NCBI GenBank assembly: GCA_011109175.1
Contig: RDEW01000108.1
Location: 1-64,000 of the forward strand
Source: Dicyema japonicum
Lineage: Eukaryota; Animalia; Dicyemida
DNA length: 64,000 nucleotides
Direction: 5' to 3'
The notes below the pieces were generated by a model. The model saw only the letters and a program-made list of their open reading frames with translations, searched no databases and was not told the DNA's origin. This document shows positions 11,721 through 25,329 of this stretch, in pieces; the first letter of the stretch is position 1, and every line of letters begins with the position of its first letter. Made by a program: the position numbers and the translations under genes.

Positions 11721-11989
11721 TATTTTTAGTGATTTCTCAACAAGGGATAAACAAACGATCCTATAAATTACTTTTCGACAAGGGATAAACAAACGCTTAG
11801 AAGCATGGCCTGGGTCCGAGGCTCAGCAAAGGAAAGTGCATTTATCAACACCACTCATAAATTTGATCCTCACTTTCTTGACAACCAAGGTCATTTTTTG
11901 AGATGACATCTAAAGAGTTGAAGATGAATTGATAACGCGAAGTAACGAACAGGAAGAAATGTAAGAAAAATATGATATAATTAAAGAAG

Positions 11990-12215
11990 TAATAATTAAT
12001 AAACACAGCCATCAATCCAAAGTGGTTCCCCGCCGACATTATCAAAGTTGCGTTGCCTCTCACGATTGCAACAAAGATCAGCTGGAGAAGCCACTGGGTC
12101 TCACGTGCGTCGTAGCTAGGCGTCTATGTTTCTTTAGGAAGTGAAGCGATTTCCCACTTATTCCTCCAGTTGTCTCGACCACAATGGATAGAACGCGAAT
12201 CGGTCGCGTAGGGCT
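11990..12215 (-). mobile_element. CRE-like RLE 3' fragment
   Basis: RDRFAFYPLWSRQLE (FYPIVVETTGG with a frameshift) ...VRGNATLIMS. Highly similar to 55895-56100 and 58140-58500. Confidence 0.8.
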
Positions 12216-13149
12216 ATATTACTAATTAATTTTAAAATTAGAGTTTATTCGCAAACAAAACTTTATTTATAAAAAATATTTTTAGTGACTGCCTTGTGTT
12301 TGATGCGAATTTGTCAATCCTTTTATGTCAGCTTCCATAGTTAACAGACTTAGTCTCAATGCCTGAGAATACAATATTTGTAGTCTTTCTTCCTTATATA
12401 CATTATTTCCATACTATTGCATTCTTTAGCAATTGTCCTAAGAGTTATTGCTAGTCATTAATTATTAAAACTGGTTAAACTGAAACCCCTTAAATTTAAA
12501 GACCATTTCATATAAAATAAAAAGAATGCTCTTCCCTTTTCATGTCCTGGTAATTCTATGGGATATTGGTATGCTTGTTCTCGACCGATTACTTAATCAA
12601 CGTTTAGAGAAGTAAATTCTTAAGTTATTTCTTGTAACAAATCTAAATTATTCTCTTCATTAATCCTTTGAGCATGATTGCAGTAATTAGATAGAGATTA
12701 TACTTTATGTTCAAATCTATCGGAATTTACTACTGAGAGTTTGGTCTTGTCTACTAATCTAGCCTTTCTACCGCGCTTGTACTCAGCCATCATACTTTCA
12801 AAAGTTCTCTTCAACACGGCTGATCCAATGTAAGCCCTTGTAGCTTATCGACGGATAACTTATCCATATAATTCTTGGAACATTATCAGACAACTCCACC
12901 AGCAGACTAATCTTTACTCACAGTCGTAGAGAAGCGAGAACTCTCCTCAAGAAGGTCATACTTCCGACACTCCTACACCTCAACTTATTTTGATGCCACC
13001 CTATGAAGTAATAATCTTTATATCTATTTGGGCGATTTTCGTTGATTTTTTGCGACTCTCTTTGTTCAGAACTTATCAAATTTATTTTGCTTAGCTTTTT
13101 CCCGACTCATAAGTTAATTATTAGCTTCGAATGCGTCGTTATTGATTTT

Positions 13150-13385
13150 TGTCTGTAAATTTTTTTTTTAAAGCCTTTTCACGAGAGCCATAGTATTTTA
13201 TAGCTCCGCATAGGCAGGACACACACTTTATTTAAGTAAAGAACAGTTAATTTTAACTAATCGTAGAACCAAGGAATGATCTTCACTTCTTTTTTTCTTT
13301 TTCTTGTGTGAGTGTCCTTTCTAGACAAATCCAGTTCCGCAGTGAGTATTCACTGATGACGGCGTCACTCGTCAAACCATTTCTG
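13150..13385 (-). mobile_element. SINE family B, 5'-truncated, alternative tail
   Basis: Body matches 6213-6530. After AATAAAGTGTGTGT the tail is CCTGCCTATGCGGAGCTATAAAATACTATGGCTCTCGTGAAAAGGC, as at 39430-39590. Confidence 0.8.
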
Positions 13386-14794
13386 TAAATTTCTATGTGT
13401 TGGTTAATATCTGCTGACTGCGTTTTTTTCAGCAAATAAAAACAGTTCTATGAGACAGTATGAGATCCGGAATATCTCCGAGTAGCGGTATTTTTCTTGA
13501 TAGAAGATACCTCGACTACATTAACATTAAGACATATGATTACTACGATGAGTCTTCGAAAGTCGTTCGCCATCCTTCCGGGCTCTTCTGCCTCAATAGT
13601 GATGACAAAACTCTGTGCTGTATTTAACCATGAATTATCTAAGGACTATTCTGTCGAATATTGGAACTCCAACGGAGCTCCTCTGTCCAAAATTATCTGC
13701 CTCCATGAATCCACAAATAGGGGACTCGGTGGTCGACACGACTCCCCCAGGAAGCATTCTACACCTTCACGGTAGATTGGCAGAGTTTATTTAGTACTGC
13801 AACAAGGACTACCGGAATGTATGTAACGACACACAAAAAGCCACACATGGAGTTAAGGACTATTATTGGTTGGGTATGAAAAACCCCAGATCATTCTGGA
13901 GAAGGTATAAGGTTAACTAAAATAAAGCAAATTACGTGGAAAGTAAAGGACTAGCTTAGATGTTCGTCTATACCAGGGTTTCCCAAAGTAGGCGATAAGA
14001 AATTCAAAGGGGGCGTTTATGAGTAAATCGTTTATCGGGGGCGTTTTTAATTTCAAGGGCGATAATAAATTTTTCGTAAAATCTATATCATACATTTAAT
14101 AGAATTTCAGTATGGTGAACTTGTAGTTTTAAATTGACACTAGCGTGAATTGCGGTGTATTTTTATTATTCAACAAATTACTTTTTGCTCGAAAGCTTGA
14201 ATCTGATGCAAAGGGGAAATCAATGTTCGACAAAGTCCATAAATTTCTCTGTCTTACAGATATACCATTAACAAATATAGTTGCATGTGCAACTTATGGG
14301 GCACCTTCAATGATTGGTCGCTATCGCGGTTTTATGGCATACTTAAAACAACACGTACCAAATGTAATGACTATTCATTTCGTGATCCATCGACAGCATC
14401 TGGTAGCTAAAAATACAAATGGTCGTCTACATACTTTCTCAATACAGTTATTTCTGCTATTAACAAAATTAAATCCAACTCATTAAATTCACGTCTTTGT
14501 TGAGAGGCTATGTAGTATTTAATTTGTCGGTGATTTTTGGTTTTTAATAATAATATTGAAAATGATGAAGATTCTATACAACTATTAATACATACTGAAG
14601 TACAGTGGTTATCAAAGGGCGACTGTTTGGCGCGGATTTTTCTCTCTTTTAAGCACTGTCGTAGAATTTCTCAAATTGGCACGGAACTAGAATCCGCTAA
14701 ACATGATGTGGCTTATTTAGCGGATATTTTTGCCAAGTTTAATGAACTTAATGTGAAATTACAATTTGCTGATATTAATTTAATCTAGGTATTA

Positions 14795-15075
14795 TGCTAC
14801 TAAGAATCCCTTGGACTGCCAAAATAAACAAACACCGATGTACTCAAACGGGTAGAGACGGACATTTCGCTAGAAGGAAAAATCTTAAAACACAGATTAG
14901 CGTTTTTTTGGAATGTTGTCCGCTCTGACTCTTTAAAGAAAACTATTATGCTGAGCAAGATTACTGGAAAGAGAAGACCTGGTCGATCGAGGATTCGGCG
15001 GCTATCCACGATGGAAGACACGGAAATGCCTATATCAAGGCTACTCGAAATTGCAACGGATCGTGGAAAGTGGAA
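14795..15075 (+). mobile_element. RTE (BovB-like) 3' fragment nested in the hAT
   Basis: LSKITGKRRPGRSRIRRL...DRGKWKNLVHEISKGRTRL with an (ATAAC)n tail. Same family as 18530-18885. Confidence 0.8.
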
Positions 15076-15565
15076 GAATCTCGTTCATGAAATTTCCAAG
15101 GGTCGGACACGACTTAATTGGATAACATAACATAATTATTTTTTTTAAATTAATTTAAGCAAAGTCACTTATTTCTGCTTTTATTTCGAAACTACTTTTA
15201 TTTTGTAGGAATATTGGCAGGAAAAAAATTAATCCCAATTTCCAGGTCTCAACGGTCTTAAAGACTTCCTTTCTGAAGATGATTTTGAAATTTATATTGA
15301 ACATTTGATCACTCTTGAACGAGATATGAAGTGACGTTTCAAAGATTTATGTGAACTCAAAGTTCCAGATTGGGTGATAGACCCCTTTCAGAATGTAGAT
15401 GAAGTTGAATCTTGTAGTCAAGAGGAAACTAATTATGTTAAAAAAATGATTTTGAAATTAAACAGACTTTTTAAACACCAGTCGTTTTTATTGCTTTCCC
15501 CACTTCTTATTTGGTTGAGAGAGGCTTCAGTATTGTATCACATCTAATTACCAAAGAAGAAACCG

Positions 15566-15627
15566 NNNNNNNNNNNNNNNNNNNNNNNNNNNNNNNNNNN
15601 NNNNNNNNNNNNNNNNNNNNNNNNNNN
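15566..15627. other. Assembly gap (N run)
   Basis: Run of n characters. Confidence 0.95.
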
Positions 15628-15841
15628 CCGCTTGACATTGTTGAAAGAGGAGATCTACGGATTAGGCTTATAAACATGAACCCAAATATTGAGAAACTTG
15701 TGTCTAACTTTTTGCAACATCATTGTTCACATAATATTTCCCAACTCGTTACCATATAGGTTTTCCTGGTGAGCGATATTTTTTAAAAGTTTGTTAAAGC
15801 GGGCGATGACCTGTATAAGTTTGGGAACCCCAGGTCTATAC

Positions 15842-16320
15842 ACACCTGTGTTTGTCACCACACGTGGCAGACATTGTTCTGAAGTGCGAGAAGAGGATCA
15901 ATAAATTAAAATGTTTATCTAGAATATGAAAGACAGGTACCCACCCAGTTTTGATAAACATTCACAAACAATACATCGAACCATGCTTCTCGTACGCGTG
16001 TGCTTCGTGGGACCTTCATTATCATGGACGAACACTAGAAAATTGAGGACGTTCAAAAGAAGGTTTTCATAATGACAGAGCGGTGGTCTTATGGGAGACA
16101 CAGAACCGGACCGACTACTCTAGAGGCGTTCATTAAACAAAACTCCGGCATGCGGGAAGGTGACCCTGCAAATACAGTCAGCCGCCCAGTACGAGATTGT
16201 GTGGGTACGAGGGAGGAGCACCGGGAAAGAATGAGGATTTTGGCCGAACGCATCGGGATCACGTGATAGTTAGTTTGGTTTTACTGTGGTCTTGGGTGTT
16301 AAATAAAATAAAATAAAAGG
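15842..16320 (+). mobile_element. Vingi-like LINE family B, 5'-truncated copy
   Basis: Nearly identical to 5630-6100. Ends ERIGIT* plus GATAGTTAGTTTGGTTTTACTGTGGTCTTGGG tail. Confidence 0.9.
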
Positions 16321-17160
16321 GAAATCAAACATTCTTCGAACAGTAGCTGATTACTCGAACGACCAACAAAAAGAGTGTTTAACGCTCCTGTACAAACAAT
16401 TCATCAAGAGGAACTCTCAAAATTGCTGAATGATATGATAGCGAACAAGTATTGGAAAAGGGGTACTAATACCAGTACGGAATGGAAATAACCAACGGAC
16501 TGGTTGAAAACCTGCGTCCTGTCATCCTTCTAAATACTCTGTGGTAAATACGTGTCCTGATCGTATTTAATCAGATCCAAGATCCAGTGGAGGGGTACTT
16601 GGTCCAAAGGTAAAGTGGTTTCAGGACTTGGAGATCAACAGCATTATGGTGGCACAAGTGGTATTGCGCTATTCAGCAAAGATTCCGAAGTTGAAATCCT
16701 ATTCTTGGAATTGATCTCATTAGAGCTTTCGACACTGTCCGTCGAGGAAAACTCATTGAAGTGCTAGAAAGCTTCCTGATCAGGACTTGGTCACCCTAAT
16801 ACAGATGCTCCTATCAAACAGTCCTATGAGTGTGCATTGGAAAATGTATGTCTCGAGAAACCGTGACAACAGTGAGTACATCTCAAGTAGACTCCCTCTA
16901 TCTGGTACTGTTCGCTGTATACCTTGAATCTACTCTACAAGATCTCCGGGAGTATTACAGCCACGATATTATAAAATTTGTTTACTTCGATGACGTTGAC
17001 TTTGTCTCAAGTAACAAAGAAACACTTCTTCGTCTCCTAGAGCTAGCACCACACCTCCTGGCCACATATCTCTATTAGTGAACGCTTCGAAAACGGATAT
17101 CGTAACGATCAAGAGGATGGAACCACGCAGTAATGAAAATGGAGGAAGACAATAAAGCTT
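16320..17160 (+). mobile_element. RTE-clade RT fragment
   Basis: ENLRPVILLN...YFDDVDFVS. Homologous to 56350-57980. Confidence 0.7.
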
Positions 17161-18529
17161 CTCTCATGAAATTTCTAAAATTTAATATTTTAAGACAAAT
17201 TATAGTTTACCTAAGAAACATTGTATTCTCGATCACTGTCAAGCCAAATTCTTATTTGACGCTTATTTGATAACACAAAAATTTTAAATTTCGAATTATA
17301 GAGATTTCCAGTCTACTAAAAAATGATTTATATCGAGTGTGATATATAATTAATAAATCATGTGTATGAAATTTGGCTTTAATAAGATAATTTTACAAAT
17401 ATTAATTGACAAATTTTATTTACAGGAAAAAAAACTTCTTCGTCAGAGATGTGGAAACTAAGGTAACAATGGCGCAGAAAAGAATGACAATTCTAGACAT
17501 CCACCATCTTTTTTCAGTTTATACGCCAATCTGCCAATACTGATCTAAAAAACAGAGGGAAGAATTTTCAAAAAATCTTTGCTGATGGATAAATTTGGCG
17601 ATTTTATTGTGTCATGTTTTGCAAAAAAGATATTGAAGTTTTCTTTGCAATTATGAATCAACTTTAAGCACTCTGAAGTCAAAAAATTTTGGAAATGAAT
17701 CTGACTCCATGTCTGATTGAATATTATTTTTTGGCAGAATTGAAAAAATGAAAAATTAATTAAACAACAGGTTACGGAATAGTCCGCCAGTTGGCCTGGA
17801 CTGTTCATTCCGGTACCCCATTTCCTTGTTAACCATCCATTTGCTGGTCTAGGAAGTTACACATCCTGATATGAATATCTTCCCTGACTGGCCTGACAAG
17901 TTTGTTTTCTTCCTCAGTCAGGCCATCGTACAGTTTCTTCCCAAGGGATAGTTTAATCCTCGCTCGCCTTGTTTTTTCTAGTTGAGCGAGGATCCTCTCG
18001 AGGGGCTGTAGAACCATTTCGCTTTCGTAAATAAGTCTTGGAAGAATCACATTCCGAAAGATAAAGAGTGTGGTACCACCATCCAACCTTTGGCTTCTAG
18101 TGCAGAACAGTGCTTGCACAGCCTCTTCCTTCGCTCTTAGATGTCCTTCAGGTATGATCCTTTCCCATATACTGCAATCCCCAGGTATTTCAGAGATGAA
18201 ACTATCGGTATACGATCCGTGTAGGGCTTTTCGTGATGTCTACCCAGCCTGCTTGTCCGTAAGTAACTGGATTTTTCCGTGGAGAGTCTCAGAGCTCTCC
18301 GATCACACCATTCTTAGACTTTGTCGACAAAAGCTCCTACTCTCCGCTCTGAGAGGTACGCCCTCAAGGACGAATCCAGGATTAAGATGTCATCCGCGTA
18401 TATCATCAGTTTGGTCCTGACGTCTAGCGGCGACGGAAAATCTTCCATAAATATGTTGAATAACAGGGGGCTTAAATAGATCCCTGCGGCACTCTCCTTT
18501 TAAACGATATACCATTAATGCTTTTGAAC

Positions 18530-18885
18530 TGTGGTACTGGAGGAAGTTACTAAGAATCCCTTGGACCTCCAAAGTAACAACCATCAATGTACTCAAACGG
18601 GTAGAGACTGACATTTCGCTAGAGGGAATAATCGTAAAACACAGATTGGCGTTCTTTGGGCATGTTGTCCGCTCTGATTCACTGGAAAGAACCATTATGC
18701 TGAGCAATATTACTGGGAAGAGAAGACCTGGCCGACCAAGGATTCGGTTGCTATCCACGATGGAAGACACGGGAATGCCTATATCAAGGCTACTCCAAAT
18801 TGCAAGGGATCGGGGAGAGTGGAGGAAACTCGTTTATGAGATCACCAAGGGTTGGACACGACTAAATTGGACAACATAACATAAC
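18530..18885 (+). mobile_element. RTE (BovB-like) 3' fragment
   Basis: FFGHVVRSDSLERTIMLSNITGKRRPGRPRIR...DRGEWRKLV with an (ATAAC)n tail. Confidence 0.85.
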
Positions 18886-20897
18886 CATCAGAATATCTTC
18901 CACCGACTACCACATAAGATATCCTCCCAGTCAAATAGTCTTTCAACCATAGGAACATTTGTTTAGATATCTTTGATCGTACAAGTTGACGAAATAATAC
19001 TTCGTGGCATACACTGTCGAACACCTTCGAGATGTCAAGGCAAACAAGGCTCAACTGACTTTTCTTCTAAATGCATTTGCATTGTAATTTTGTAATTTCG
19101 TAATTTAGTGAGTAAATTCAATTTCCGCACGACAAAAACTCCATTGGTAAGGTCGTAGAAAGTTACTTTCTTCATATACCGATTCAATCTCTTGAATACA
19201 ATCCGTTCCATAATCTTTGAAATAGAACATATAAGGCTTATTGGTCTATAACTAAGAAGATCCTTCCTCGACATTCCAGATTTGAGGATTATCTTCACAA
19301 TAGAACGCTTCCATAGCGGAGGAACATGTCCGAGCTTAAAACTCGAGTTATACATCTTTTGTAGAACAAATAGTGGTTCATCGGACCCTTCTTTAAACAT
19401 TTTCATGGGAATGCTGTCGAATCCAGGAGCCTTGCTCTTGCACTCGCGAATTTCAGTTCTGACTTTTGTCAGAGTGATTTCCTCTCCCAGACTTTCCAGC
19501 TCGCTCATAGAGTAATCCATAAAATTAGATATCTCCTCTGAAAACTTCTCAGGTATAATACTAAGAGGGTCAACTTTCTGTATATTCTCAAACTGATTCC
19601 TGAACACCGAAAGTACTTTTTCCCTCAGGATCGGCCAGCACAATACTTTTCGCCTTTAAATTTCCATTAGTAAGCTTTCTGTACATTTTCCAGAAACAAG
19701 GGTTCTTTCAGTTAACTTTTGATTCTATTCTCCCCAGCTACTTTCCAAGCTATTTTCAATAATTTTTGAATCACAGAAATTTTGCTTTTCAGAGTTGTCC
19801 TGGCTCACAATCTACACAACGTCTGTGCTTCGCAATCAGAGTATCCCTCTCGCGAATAAGATTCCGTATTGTAGGTGGACAAGACTGTTTGTACTTCGAA
19901 AAGCTCTTGGAGTAGACCTTCTTTCCATACAATCGCAGATACACCAGCATAATATTAAATAGTTCCCAGTTAAAAACGTCCAGCTCCTCTGATGTAGAAA
20001 AAGAATTAGTTCACATTCGTAGGGTCTTCGACAAATAGTAGTGATAATGTCTCCAGTCAATCGACAAGGTATCATAATACAAGAAAATATATTCAACAGT
20101 ATTCGGTTCCAGGTTTATAGTCACCTCCTGTGGGATATGAACACTTCCTATTTCCCAGAGAATCTCAGTCTGGCCACATGATCCAAAAGTTGTAAAGACA
20201 CTAGAACAAATCCCAGCATATCACCGCAAGTGTGAGAAATGGTTAGGTTCCTCAAACGTCAAAACTTCAATTTCGCTAACCAGATCTGCTAGTAGTCGCC
20301 CGTCCCCGTTGTTTTTGCAACATCCGTAGCTCGTATTCTTAGCATTCAGGTCTCCTACCAAGATCGACATTGAGTTTCTCCCGAAGAACTCAACAATTTT
20401 AGCAGAAGATCGAGCCAAGTCCTTAGAGTATAGTCCTCCCACGCTTATCCATGTCTTTCCACATTGTACATCGACGGACACGAATTCTGAAACGGCGCCC
20501 AATAAATAGAGTCGTTTCGTGTTTGCAATTCGGAAAAAGATCGAGGTCCCAATCTCAACCAATGCTCCATCTTTCAACGGGATGTCCACGAGTCATATCC
20601 TTCCATACTATAATACCTTCCGTGTTTAATTTTCGTCTCGTTGACTACCAAGACATCAACCTTGGCATTACTCGCGAGTAGCGCTAGTTCACCATGCCTT
20701 TTCACAAAGGAGCGGGTATTCACCAGCACTATTTTTAAATTCTTTTTCATAGTTTTTGTTGGTGGCCTGCGCTTTCCACAGCCAAATCCACCAAATTCCG
20801 TAAATCCACTTTCAGCAGTGTACATAGGTTGTTCAGACGTGCGATTATTTCACTTAGCTCCCGATATACCGTCTCGTAAACTCCTGCCTTGCTCTGA

Positions 20898-21524
20898 TTA
20901 AGTTTCTGTGTAGCACTCCGCTCCATGTGATATATTGGTCCACTTCATATCTTGTCTTGACTTGATCGCTTCCTTTCTAGAATCTCTCTGTATGGGAATC
21001 ATTTTCTTGTATGCATCTTTCATAGCAGGACATTCTCTGTAACGGACATTATGTCCTGGTCCTCCACAATTAATACAATTTGTCTCCACGTTTGGAGAAA
21101 ATTCACACACAACAAGATTGTGCTTCCCTCCACACTTGAGGCACCTCTTCTTCTCCATGCAATGTGCGGCGATATGACCAATTCGTTCGCAATTGTAGCA
21201 AATAGGAGGGAGCCTCTTAATCCATTCACACGGGATCTTGTTCGACCCAATGTAGAAGCCACAACATATCAGCGATGTTGTCTCCGAATTACTACTAACC
21301 GAGGCCTTCGCCATTGGCATAGGCTGCGATCCTCTTGACATTCGGGTTACCTTCGAAGTTGAGGGAGCCATCTCCTGAAGGTAATCAAAGAGGTCGTTCT
21401 CACTCACCCAAAAAGAAATGTTCCTGAAGACAATCTCAGACGGTCTTGTTAGGAGTGTTCTAAATTGGTATTTGTCAGTTCCAAACGGACAGGTTTCATT
21501 TATGGCCTTCATATAAATGGCCAT
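20898..21524 (-). CDS. LINE ORF1 gag-like nucleic-acid-binding protein (3x CCHC zinc knuckle)
   Basis: CYNCERIGHIAAHC, CLKCGGKHNLVVC and CINCGGPGHNVRYREC in an open 208-aa ORF. Confidence 0.85.
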   Translation of the reverse strand: MAIYMKAINETCPFGTDKYQFRTLLTRPSEIVFRNISFWVSENDLFDYLQEMAPSTSKVTRMSRGSQPMPMAKASVSSNSETTSLICCGFYIGSNKIPCEWIKRLPPICYNCERIGHIAAHCMEKKRCLKCGGKHNLVVCEFSPNVETNCINCGGPGHNVRYRECPAMKDAYKKMIPIQRDSRKEAIKSRQDMKWTNISHGAECYTET

Positions 21525-21629
21525 GTGGGAACTGTTCCGGAAATCCAGTCGGAAGGAGCCCGGTCATCTAAGGCTCATCTTCAAAGATCCGTATTAGTCA
21601 TAATATTGTAGAATATTCGTAATTTTTAT

Positions 21630-21875
21630 CGTACTCATAGTAGAATGAACTGTGATCAATAGAGTCCTGTTGTCTATAGAATCAGCTTGAGAAAGAAAAA
21701 AAAAAGACTATATATGACATACACCCGAGAAAAAGAAAAAAAGAAGTGAAAAGATTTCCTTGATTCTTCCTCGTCGATTAATAATTAATAACAGTTCTTT
21801 GCTTAAAATAAAGTGTGTGTTTCGCCTGAGAGGAACGATATCTGATATGGCTCCTCGAAATGCCCATTGTTTTTT
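21630..21875 (+). mobile_element. SINE family B partial copy with a third tail type
   Basis: TTCCTTGATTC...CGATTA...ACAGTTCTTTGCTTAAAATAAAGTGTGTGTT matches the B body. It then continues TCGCCTGAGAGGAACGATATCTGATATGGCTCC. Confidence 0.65.
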
Positions 21876-22520
21876 TTAATGTTTTACCTCAATGAGGTGA
21901 CATTTAAAAAAGAATTCCTCCTTCCTTATCTTGTCAACAGGATGGATAGAAAGGTCCTACAACATGTAAATTACACGCTAAAATTTAAATTCAATTAAAG
22001 ACAATTTATTAGGTAACAAAACAATAATATTTGGTGAAATGAATTTCATATAAAACTTAGTTTCGGTTTTGTTAGAGGGGATTTTGATGATGCCAATAAC
22101 ACAATGGTGTATATAGTTAAAGAGGTGTCGACTTTTCATATGTTAACGATTATAAAAGAATTCTTTCTCAAGATAAATAAAAAGTAATATAATTTATGTG
22201 CGGAAAACAAATGTTATAATTACGATATAAATCATAATATTTTTAAAACTGGAAAGATTTATTAAAAAAAATTTTAAATAGTTATAAAAAATTATCCGTC
22301 AAACATAGAGCTCACTTCAATTGATACACAAGGCGTTCGACTCGGCTATACAGGGTTATCATCAAATATGAGATCTAATGTTGCCTCTCACTATAGCAAA
22401 GGAACGAAGAAGCAATTCAAAAGTGTTTGTGAAAATCAAATATCCTTAAAGCATTAGATGGTGAATAGATCCGGTGATAAAAATTGTAATCCATTCATTT
22501 CAGTGTTTTCTTAGTTGTAA

Positions 22521-22645
22521 TATGTAAATTCATTTCATTTCAGTCAGACAATAGGACTGTTTAATTTGTAACGGTTATGTAAATTCCCTTCAGTCAGACA
22601 ATAGGACTGTTTAATTTGTAACGGTTATGTAAATTCATTTCATTA
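22521..22645. repeat. Tandem duplication, ~50-bp period, ~2.4 copies
   Basis: CAGTCAGACAATAGGACTGTTTAATTTGTAACGGTTATGTAAATTC starts at 22541 and 22591. Confidence 0.9.
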
Positions 22646-23799
22646 CACAATGAAATCGACTAAATTTGTCAACAAGGATTCCAAAAAATTTTGTCTAGAA
22701 ATTAACATTGAACAAATTCACAAAAGACCAAATAATACTCGTACACGTGGAATTACTGAGTTTTTCATATGGTTGTAAAATAATTTGATATTTGTCAGAT
22801 TCTTGTCGTCTTGCTCTAACTTTACTTTTACTCAAATTTTATTTGTCTTGATTTTGGACAAACTCTACGATTTGAAAGAGTCAAACACACAATTCAAATG
22901 TTGCCGATGGAAAAATGTCAAAAAAGGATATCGAAGGATAACACAACTATTTCATGATAACTTTTCTGAAAAAAAGTAAATTTCAAAGTAGCAATAGAAA
23001 AAATTATGCATTAAGTATCGAACAAACAAATAGTGGAGAATTATCCATATTTATGGGTTAGCAAAATATATATATATTAGAAATTTTGATAACTGACTTC
23101 AACACTACTTGATTATCCAATAATCCAATAATATATAGAAGAAAATATATTACAATATAACAGCTAAAATAAAATATAGAACAAATAAAGCGACCACAAC
23201 AACGAGTAAAACTACACACGAATAATGAATAATGTATCATTAGGTTCGCCACATTGTAAAACAATTTTTAAAAATAAATAAATTAATAAATTAATCTATC
23301 TATAATTGAAGTATACTATAGTAACGGAGCGTATAAACATCGTTAAAAGTTGAGGTTCTGTTTCCCAAAGGAAATACCAGAAAAGTTAATGTAGATTATG
23401 AGATAGGCTGAGATGTCCTGGTAGTCTTCACGAAGAATTTTTTAATAACATTATGATTTTTGGCTTAATAATAAAAAATAGAGGAGACCACTCGGTATTT
23501 AAGTAAAGTTCGTCACTTATGCCTCTAGGTGTATTCCAAGAGAACAATATTTTTGCGTATAATCGCAGATTTGTTTTACCACCGATTGCATGAAACTAGT
23601 TGGTACCCAGCGAGATGTTGAGATGTTTTCCACTTTGGTAAGCATGTAAAAAAGGCGATAAATTCTGTTCTAGGATCGACCAGACCTCTGATGACGGAAT
23701 CTTATCGAGTTTTCGACATTCGAAATAAGTATGGTGACACAGTTGCTTACCTTTTTTAACTTGTAAACGTACGTGGTTGAGTTACTATTACTTTAATAG

Positions 23800-24420
23800 T
23801 TGAATTACAGTTTCTCATTTGTAGTTTGCAATTTCTTTCTCAAGAAATGTCTGTCACTACACGACTCTATTTGCAGTCGTATTCAAAAGGCGATTGATAA
23901 CCATGGATTAAATCCAGCTTGGATTTGCTGTGGAATAATCTTTTTGATTCCAAAGATTGGCAGTCCGAAGTCTCTGACAGATTATCGTCCGATAACTTGT
24001 ATGTTCACCATATACAAATTGATGACAGATTAGTGTCGAATGAGTTCAGAATTTTTGTCGAGGTTAACTTTATTCTATCCAGCATTCAATCTGGAACTAC
24101 ATGGAACTACCAGGGTGCTAAGGACAAAGATTTGATTTAAAACAGTCTTTGTATCCTCATTGGACTCATTTATGTGAATGTGCAAAAGCATTTGATTCTG
24201 TTGATCATATCTACTTTATCGAGTATGGCCTTTGTTAGCCTTTGTGGTTCACTCAGTTTGTTGAGTCGGTCATAAACACGTGGAGTATTCTTATTCATTA
24301 TAACAAAGAATTGTGTCCAATCCTAAATGTGGCCATCATTTACGAAGAGGTTTGTTTTATTACGAGTCACTTTATGTTCATTGATGGAATTTAAAAGATT
24401 AACTTAAAAGCACTTAAGTC
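23800..24420 (+). mobile_element. R4/NeSL-like (RLE-clade) LINE RT fragment
   Basis: GIIFLIPKIGSPKSLTDYRPITCMFTIYKLM...QGAKDKDLI...KAFDSVDH. Confidence 0.65.
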
Positions 24421-24659
24421 CTTTTCAAGGCAATTGATAACCCTTATGTTGGTGTTAAATCTTCAACAATATTGTTAAACTATGGTAATAATGCACAAAA
24501 AAGTAGGACATTTAATACATGAATTTATTTTAGAGTAGATCTAAGATGTATAAAATCAACGAGAAGGGTTATGGCTAAGACAAAAGATGTGTAAGTCAAT
24601 ATGATGCATATATGTTGATTTCTAAATGAGGGAGTATTTTCAGTTTAGGGTGAAAATCT

Positions 24660-25200
24660 TTTGCCACACTCATACCGATTCGGGGATCAGATTGACTGTT
24701 TTGGCCTGCACCCACTATTCTGCAGGAATACTGTGGGCAGATCTCCTAGACGAATAGACTTGAACGAAGTCGTTAAACGAGCTTTGGACGTTGCCGTGCA
24801 TTCTTCTATGCCCGAAACTGTCGGCCTCTGCAGACGTGAAGGGGAACGATCAGATTGGACGACAACTTTTTATCTGGGAAGTCACCTGCACCGCCACATT
24901 CGTCCCTTGCAACCTACATCAAAGTGCCTCTTGAGTTTGATATGCCGTTAAGGAAGCCGAGAAATCAAAACGAGCAAAATACACGATCCTACCTTAGGAT
25001 GTTTTGTTTTTGCTCATCTCGCAGTTGAAACATCCGGTTCTCTTGCAATTTCGACGCTGATATTCCTGGGTCGCCTAAGGAACCGGATATCTACACGCAA
25101 AGGAGATCTCAGTGATTGCTGCTGGCCATTTGAGCAAATCTCGCTCGCTACCCTGAAAGGGAGTTGCCACGCAATTGGAACGGCTACTGTATGACCCTCG
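24660..25200 (+). mobile_element. CRE-like RLE 3' fragment
   Basis: LNEVVKRALDVA...LAVETSGSL...RLRNRISTRKGD. Homologous to 48085-48505. Confidence 0.75.
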
Positions 25201-25329
25201 GTTGATGTTTTTTTAATAAATTAAATTTCTCGTTTAGAGTCAACATGAAGAATCATATTCTAATATTAACAAAAATACTATCAAACCTGTCTCAATTTTC
25301 TCATAAAAAATATATGTTTCAACCTGATA

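Larger units (their letters stand above)
13974..15833 (+). mobile_element. hAT (Buster/SPIN-like) DNA transposon, degenerate, with TIRs and 8-bp TSD
   Basis: TIRs CAGGGTTTCCCAAA / TTTGGGAACCCCAG. TSD GTCTATAC at 13966-13973 and 15834-15841. Transposase motifs ATYGAPSMIG, HFVIHRQHLVAK, HTEVQWLSKG, DIVERGDLRIRL. Confidence 0.9.
17790..21600 (-). mobile_element. Near full-length Jockey/I-group LINE (family C): gag-like ORF1, APE, RT; interrupted by an RTE fragment
   Basis: ORF1 with three CCHC knuckles. APE motifs LVNTRSF, VNETKI, VGDLNAK. RT motifs KAPGFDSI, YRPISLI, CLDISKVFD, YADD. 3' hairpin GTCCAGGCCAACTGGCGGAC. Confidence 0.85.

Noticed and set aside
13716-13775. GGGGA...TCCCC stem with an internal hairpin, HDV-like order
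   Set aside because: Single copy, no convincing P4 or J4/2 cytosine context, and no covariation support.
23685-23760. Hammerhead-like CTGATGA...GAAA with short stems
   Set aside because: Extra bases precede stem II, the NUH site is replaced by CC, and no stem I partner exists. It occurs once only.
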